A stretch of DNA of 64,000 bases, taken from Thermoplasmatota archaeon. Its GTDB lineage: Archaea; Thermoplasmatota; Penumbrarchaeia; Penumbrarchaeales; Penumbrarchaeaceae. The stretch lies in contig CBDDUX010000008.1 of NCBI GenBank assembly GCA_965234725.1, positions 37,734-101,733 on the forward strand, read 5' to 3'. Both the position numbers and the translations under genes were made by a program. Position 1 is the first letter of the stretch, and each line of letters begins with the position of its first letter. Under the pieces are notes generated by a model. It worked only from the letters and a program-made list of their open reading frames with translations. It did not search any database and was not told the DNA's origin. Positions 59,691-64,000 of the stretch are shown here, piece by piece.

Positions 59691-61169
59691 ATGAAGATAC
59701 TGATGACATACCCAAAATATCCCGATACGTTCTGGAGCTACAAATACGCCATGAAGTTCGTTCACAAGAAGGCTTCCTTTCCCCCACTGGGTCTTCTTAC
59801 AGTGGCATCACTTCTCCCCAAAGATTTCAAGGTCAAACTCATCGATCTGAACATAAAGAAGCTCAGTGACAGGGATATTGAATGGGCCGACATGGTCTTC
59901 ATAAGTGCAATGGAGGTCCAAAAGGAGAGCGTGAAGGAAATTGTCGCTAAGTGCAGGGCAAAAGGAAAGACAATTGTCGCGGGTGGTCCCCTATTCACAA
60001 CACAACCGGACCTGATCGAAGGGATCGATCATCTAATACTTGACGAGGCGGAGATAACCATTAGACCCTTCCTCAAGGACCTTTCCTCGGGAAGACCGAA
60101 AAAGGTCTATTCATCGAAGGAACGTCCGGATATCAAGAATGTGCCCATTCCTTCATGGTCATTGGTCAACCACAAGAGATATGCAACGATGCTACTTCAA
60201 TATTCAAGGGGGTGCCCTTTCAACTGTGAATTCTGTGATATAGGCTATCTCAATGGCAAGGTCCCCAGGACCAAATCACCGGAGCAGATCATAATGGAGC
60301 TCCAGAGCCTTTATGAACTGGGTTGGAGAAAACCGGTCTTCTTCGTTGATGATAATTTCATAGGGAACAGGAAAGAGGTAAAACGGATGCTTCCGAAATT
60401 GATAGCCTGGCAGAAGGACCATGACTATCCCTTCACATTCTTGACAGAGGCCAGTATGGACCTTGCAGATGATGAAAAGCTTATGGACCTGATGATCAAG
60501 GCAAATTTCACAAAGGTCTTTCTTGGGATAGAGACCCCAAATGTGGACAGTCTTAAGGAATGTAAAAAGATACAGAATGTAACAAGGGACCTTGTGGGAT
60601 CTGTGAGGAAGATACAGACCAGGGGCATGGAGGTGATGGGCGGCTTTATCGTCGGATTCGACAATGATACGGAAAGCATCTTCCAGAGCCAGATAGATTT
60701 CATTCAACAGACTGGGATTGTAACTGCAATGGTAGGCCTCCTGAACGCAATACCGGAGACACCACTCTGGGACCGTTTGAAGAAGGAGGACCGCCTCCAT
60801 GGTGAGACATCCGGATCGAATACCGATGGGACGATCAACTTCATCCCCAGGATGGATATTGATCGATTGAAGGATGGGTATCTTCACATCATTTCAACGA
60901 TCTATTCACCAAAAGAATACTATAAACGGATCGATACATTCCTTAAGCATTATAAACCCACGAACAGACCAAGTCTGAACATCGAGTACTCCCGCGCCTT
61001 CTTTAGAAGCCTCTGGAGGATCGGATTCCTTTCAAGATCGAGGTTCTATTTTTGGAGACTGTTCATAAAGACCCTATTCATTAGAACGAGGTCCTTCCCT
61101 AAAGCAATGGAATTGGCGATCACGGGTCATCATTTCCAGAAGGTTGCCAGGATCGTTTCAAAGGGTTGA
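59691..61169 (+). CDS. B12-binding radical SAM protein (BchE/HpnP-like, DUF4070-type C-terminus)
   Basis: FPPLGLLTVA B12-binding domain, SRGCPFNCEFC, FFVDDNFIGN, GGFIVGFDND; ATG 59691 behind AGGGGG. Confidence 0.9.
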   Translation: MKILMTYPKYPDTFWSYKYAMKFVHKKASFPPLGLLTVASLLPKDFKVKLIDLNIKKLSDRDIEWADMVFISAMEVQKESVKEIVAKCRAKGKTIVAGGPLFTTQPDLIEGIDHLILDEAEITIRPFLKDLSSGRPKKVYSSKERPDIKNVPIPSWSLVNHKRYATMLLQYSRGCPFNCEFCDIGYLNGKVPRTKSPEQIIMELQSLYELGWRKPVFFVDDNFIGNRKEVKRMLPKLIAWQKDHDYPFTFLTEASMDLADDEKLMDLMIKANFTKVFLGIETPNVDSLKECKKIQNVTRDLVGSVRKIQTRGMEVMGGFIVGFDNDTESIFQSQIDFIQQTGIVTAMVGLLNAIPETPLWDRLKKEDRLHGETSGSNTDGTINFIPRMDIDRLKDGYLHIISTIYSPKEYYKRIDTFLKHYKPTNRPSLNIEYSRAFFRSLWRIGFLSRSRFYFWRLFIKTLFIRTRSFPKAMELAITGHHFQKVARIVSKG

Positions 61170-61190
61170 AATGTAACAAGAATTCATTGA

Positions 61191-61862
61191 TCACCTATAA
61201 TACTCAAATGAACTCGGAGGAGGGGTGTTAGGGTATTCAACTTTCTCTTCACTTTTTTCGAATGCAGTATAACTATCCTTGTAAAGTTTCTCAACTTGCC
61301 TTCGCTTCTTTAATTCCTCTTTCTCTATTTTTTTCCGTCTCTTCATCTCATTCCATTCATCTTTGGACATGAAGGAGTCCCAGGAAGATATCAGACTGAA
61401 AAGACCGAGTCCCAGAATAAGCAGGGGTAGGATCGTTATCGGTGTTACCATCGGATTGAAATCCAGCTTTTCCTTTATGGTAATATATATTGTAAAAAGA
61501 GGAAAGAAAAGATGGAGAAATAGATTTACAGAGATAACCGTTGTAACAAATTTTCTTTTCCTCAGTTCAAGCAAACTGATCGAGGCAAAGAATAGCATGC
61601 CCATGAAGAAAATCAATAGAATAATGAATAAAATTATCAACATATACGAATGGAAAATGGTATCAAGATAGAAATCAAGGACTATGAAGAATAACTCCCC
61701 CAAACCAAACATGGCCGAAATAAGAAAACCGAAAACGATCACTAGGATCAATCCCAAGATCTGTTGAGTTAGCCATGCGAAGAATCCGATGGAGTATACT
61801 AACAGCAGTATTCCGGCAGTTTTCCTTGTGTTCTTCTTCCACCGTTTTTCAATATTTGGCAA
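61191..61862 (-). CDS. Multi-pass membrane protein with charged C-terminal tail
   Basis: About five hydrophobic helices, TTG start, AT-rich. Confidence 0.65.
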   Translation of the reverse strand: MPNIEKRWKKNTRKTAGILLLVYSIGFFAWLTQQILGLILVIVFGFLISAMFGLGELFFIVLDFYLDTIFHSYMLIILFIILLIFFMGMLFFASISLLELRKRKFVTTVISVNLFLHLFFPLFTIYITIKEKLDFNPMVTPITILPLLILGLGLFSLISSWDSFMSKDEWNEMKRRKKIEKEELKKRRQVEKLYKDSYTAFEKSEEKVEYPNTPPPSSFEYYR

Positions 61863-62104
61863 TAATAATCAAACCCCTTTCAATTCCAATCCTATAAGAA
61901 TATGTACATATGTCGACTTAAGGGTTTCTTTGTATTGAACTGGATCCGAAGTCTTGAGCTCTTTTTCTATTTCGCTTTACTTCCTTATCCACTGGAAGGG
62001 GATAGAAATATTCTAAAGAAGATATCTAGACATTCGTTCCACTTCTAGATGCGTGTTCCAGAACGGAGTTATATATCGACCACCGATAGAACTCGTGTGA
62101 TAAC

Positions 62105-63238
62105 ATGAATATGATAAAAGGAAAGAACATCATGATCATGACTGGCCTGATATTCATCATGCTTTTCATGACATCTGTCACGGCAATTGAGAACGGCGAC
62201 CCGAATAAACCAAATGACGGATCCGATACCTCTGAAGGAGATGGTAAACAGGAAAAAGGATCCGAAATGTTCGGGAAGTTCGGGATCGAGGGGCAGAAGA
62301 TAACAGGCGATTTCGTCGGATTCGAAATGGCAGAGGGGAAGGTCCTAAACTATACTTTCCAAGGCGAGAAGGTCTTCTCGGAGATACAATTCGGACATAC
62401 CTGTTGGACCCAAAATGAATACAAAATGAATGGAGCTGAATTTGAGGCGGAGAAGGAAGGATTACAAATATTGTCTCACAACAATCCATCAAGTACGTTA
62501 ATGATAAGATCAGAAGGTAATAATACAATTGAGATCACACCGGGTGAGGGAGTAACATTCCGAAATAATGGAAATGGCTCCTTTTCAATTGAAGGATTGA
62601 CAGTTGATAGTAGGATCCAGCTAAGGAATGCAACTTCCACAATCAATGGATCATCTCTTCGGATAGTATTGAAGAATGGTTCCTCCCTCATGTATATGAT
62701 AATGAGCAATGAAGGGGAATATCAATTCCAGCATTCTTATTACAATGCGGTTTTGGAAGGAAAGGTCGATGGGGAGATACAGATAAACAACGGGTCCACT
62801 GATCTTAATTACCAACACTTCTCCTATATGGGAAAAGTGGATATGAGGGTATCCGGCCAGGATACCGGAAAGATGGTAAGGATACAGGTCGAGAGTCTCG
62901 AAAAGAAAGGGAAGGTCGTCGCTATCATGTTGGACGATGAGGTCCTTGCCAATAGGAGCCTTGATAGGATCAGAGTTTCATTCGATAATGAGGTCATGGA
63001 ATCATCCGAGGATCCGGACGTTGTGATAGAGGCATCCGGTGATACACCTATCTACTGTATTGACAGAACAGAGGACGGTCAATATCAAGCCCTTGTATAT
63101 GTTCCTGAATTCTCCGTCCATGAGATAGAGTTCACTACCAATGATATCGAGGAGGTCCCTGGATTCTCCATGGTGTCGATCTTGGCTTCAATTGCTTTGA
63201 TCTCCTTTGTTCTACTCATAATTAGGAAAAGGAACTGA
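62105..63238 (+). CDS. Secreted protein with PGF-CTERM (archaeosortase) signal
   Basis: Signal peptide; C-terminus EVPGF-SMVSILASIALISFVLLII-RKRN. Confidence 0.82.
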   Translation: MNMIKGKNIMIMTGLIFIMLFMTSVTAIENGDPNKPNDGSDTSEGDGKQEKGSEMFGKFGIEGQKITGDFVGFEMAEGKVLNYTFQGEKVFSEIQFGHTCWTQNEYKMNGAEFEAEKEGLQILSHNNPSSTLMIRSEGNNTIEITPGEGVTFRNNGNGSFSIEGLTVDSRIQLRNATSTINGSSLRIVLKNGSSLMYMIMSNEGEYQFQHSYYNAVLEGKVDGEIQINNGSTDLNYQHFSYMGKVDMRVSGQDTGKMVRIQVESLEKKGKVVAIMLDDEVLANRSLDRIRVSFDNEVMESSEDPDVVIEASGDTPIYCIDRTEDGQYQALVYVPEFSVHEIEFTTNDIEEVPGFSMVSILASIALISFVLLIIRKRN

Positions 63239-63266
63239 TCGATCACCCTCAAATGATTCCTTTATT

Positions 63267-63295
63267 CCCCATCTTAAAATGGTGGGGTTTTTTTT
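63267..63295 (+). terminator. Hairpin plus T8 terminator-like element
   Basis: CCCCATC-TTAAAAT-GGTGGGG followed by TTTTTTTT, 28 nt after the stop, between convergent genes. Confidence 0.65.
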
Positions 63296-63326
63296 ATCTG
63301 AGTTAAAGATTTTCATAACTGTTCCA

Positions 63327-63962
63327 TCATGCGAATTTCAAGGATGATCTCCCAGCTGCAAGTAGAAGGTCTCTACAAACAGGACAGACCTGAACCTCGG
63401 TTGTTTTGCTGGCGAATTTCTCCGTAATTTCTTTCTTCTCTTCCTTTGAAAGGAAATCGAATGCCTTCTTTGAGAACATCTTCATCGAATGGTCCTTGAA
63501 ATGGAGATCACAGATCAGCTTCTGCCATTCCTCTTTCTTCTTCATAAGTCTCTGAAGCTCTATTCTGGGATCATCATTTACATACTTCTTCTTCATCGAG
63601 ATCTCCCAGAAATCAGGGGCGGTTACAAAGTCAATAACCTCATGGAGTTTGATCCTGTTATCGAACTTCTTGTAAGTCCTGTAGTTTTGAAAGTCGAAGA
63701 AATCTGAGAGTTCGGGTACCAAGGTCTCGAACTGCTCCTTATCAGTCTTGATGGTCTGGAAATTGAACTTGAGATAATCGTTCCCCTGATGCTTAATCTT
63801 GAAGGCTTCCATCTTCTCCTTCCCTTCTTTCACAATCTTATTGATCTCTGTATCTAATTCAACCACTTTTACTCCAAAGGGGATTAAAATGTCCTTGAAG
63901 ATAGTATCGAGGTCCTTATTCGTCCTTCTGCAAATATAACATTTCTCTACCATTGCCATCAC
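63327..63962 (-). CDS. Hypothetical protein with CxxC at both ends and a helical/coiled-coil middle
   Basis: CYIC near the N-terminus, CPVC near the C-terminus. Confidence 0.7.
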   Translation of the reverse strand: MMAMVEKCYICRRTNKDLDTIFKDILIPFGVKVVELDTEINKIVKEGKEKMEAFKIKHQGNDYLKFNFQTIKTDKEQFETLVPELSDFFDFQNYRTYKKFDNRIKLHEVIDFVTAPDFWEISMKKKYVNDDPRIELQRLMKKKEEWQKLICDLHFKDHSMKMFSKKAFDFLSKEEKKEITEKFASKTTEVQVCPVCRDLLLAAGRSSLKFA

Positions 63963-64000
63963 TCATAATGAAGAGATACCTGGTATATTTAAAGATTAGT

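Noticed and set aside
61988-62060. ORB-like replication origin boxes (TCCACTGGAAGGGG, GTTCCACTT)
   Set aside because: Only partial matches, lacking the GAAAC and spaced G-string arrangement; no cdc6/orc1 nearby
1-64000. Numerous antisense and alternate-frame ORFs in the track (e.g. 922-1332, 14780-15454, 37427-38170, 39707-40351, 60276-60887)
   Set aside because: Shadows of well-supported genes on the opposite strand or frame, with no motifs of their own
1-64000. CRISPR arrays, IS elements, integrases, inteins, rRNA
   Set aside because: No regularly spaced repeats and no transposase or recombinase motifs; topA, pan and metG are of ordinary length apart from the PAN N-terminal tail

Overview
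Archaeal chromosomal segment, most consistent with an uncultured Thermoplasmatota lineage. The archaeal assignment rests on PCNA, PAN, RPA plus RPA-associated protein, DtdA, Elp3, PurP, an intron-containing tRNA-Tyr, TATA-type promoters and a PGF-CTERM protein; the finer taxonomy is inference. The first ~45 kb is mostly housekeeping (purH, glmU-like, dtdA, elp3, glyA, rpa/rpap, metG, pan, iscSU, pcn, purP, topA, folP), interleaved with three giant membrane-anchored surface proteins: an S8 protease, a lamin-tail/PLD protein and a CARDB/zinc-ribbon protein. The last ~19 kb is accessory: purF, a clostripain, a pseudogene, membrane and secreted proteins, a wHTH module, a methyltransferase, an Fe-S protein and a B12 radical-SAM enzyme. 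No CRISPR array, rRNA, transposase or integrase was seen. Most notable: (1) a TPR protein that begins with the ParB-type ParA-activating peptide LGKGLRALI but has no ParB domain; (2) an IscS with Asp in place of the PLP-binding Lys, preceded by a Cys-motif HTH regulator, both apparently starting at CTG; (3) a 2053-aa LTD-PLD protein with one intact and one catalytically dead duplicated module; (4) single in-frame stops in the S8 protease and an Ig-domain gene; (5) a PurF without its N-terminal Cys nucleophile; (6) a 13-bp duplication of the tRNA 3' end enclosing palindromes. All family calls are by motif recognition by eye; no searches were run.
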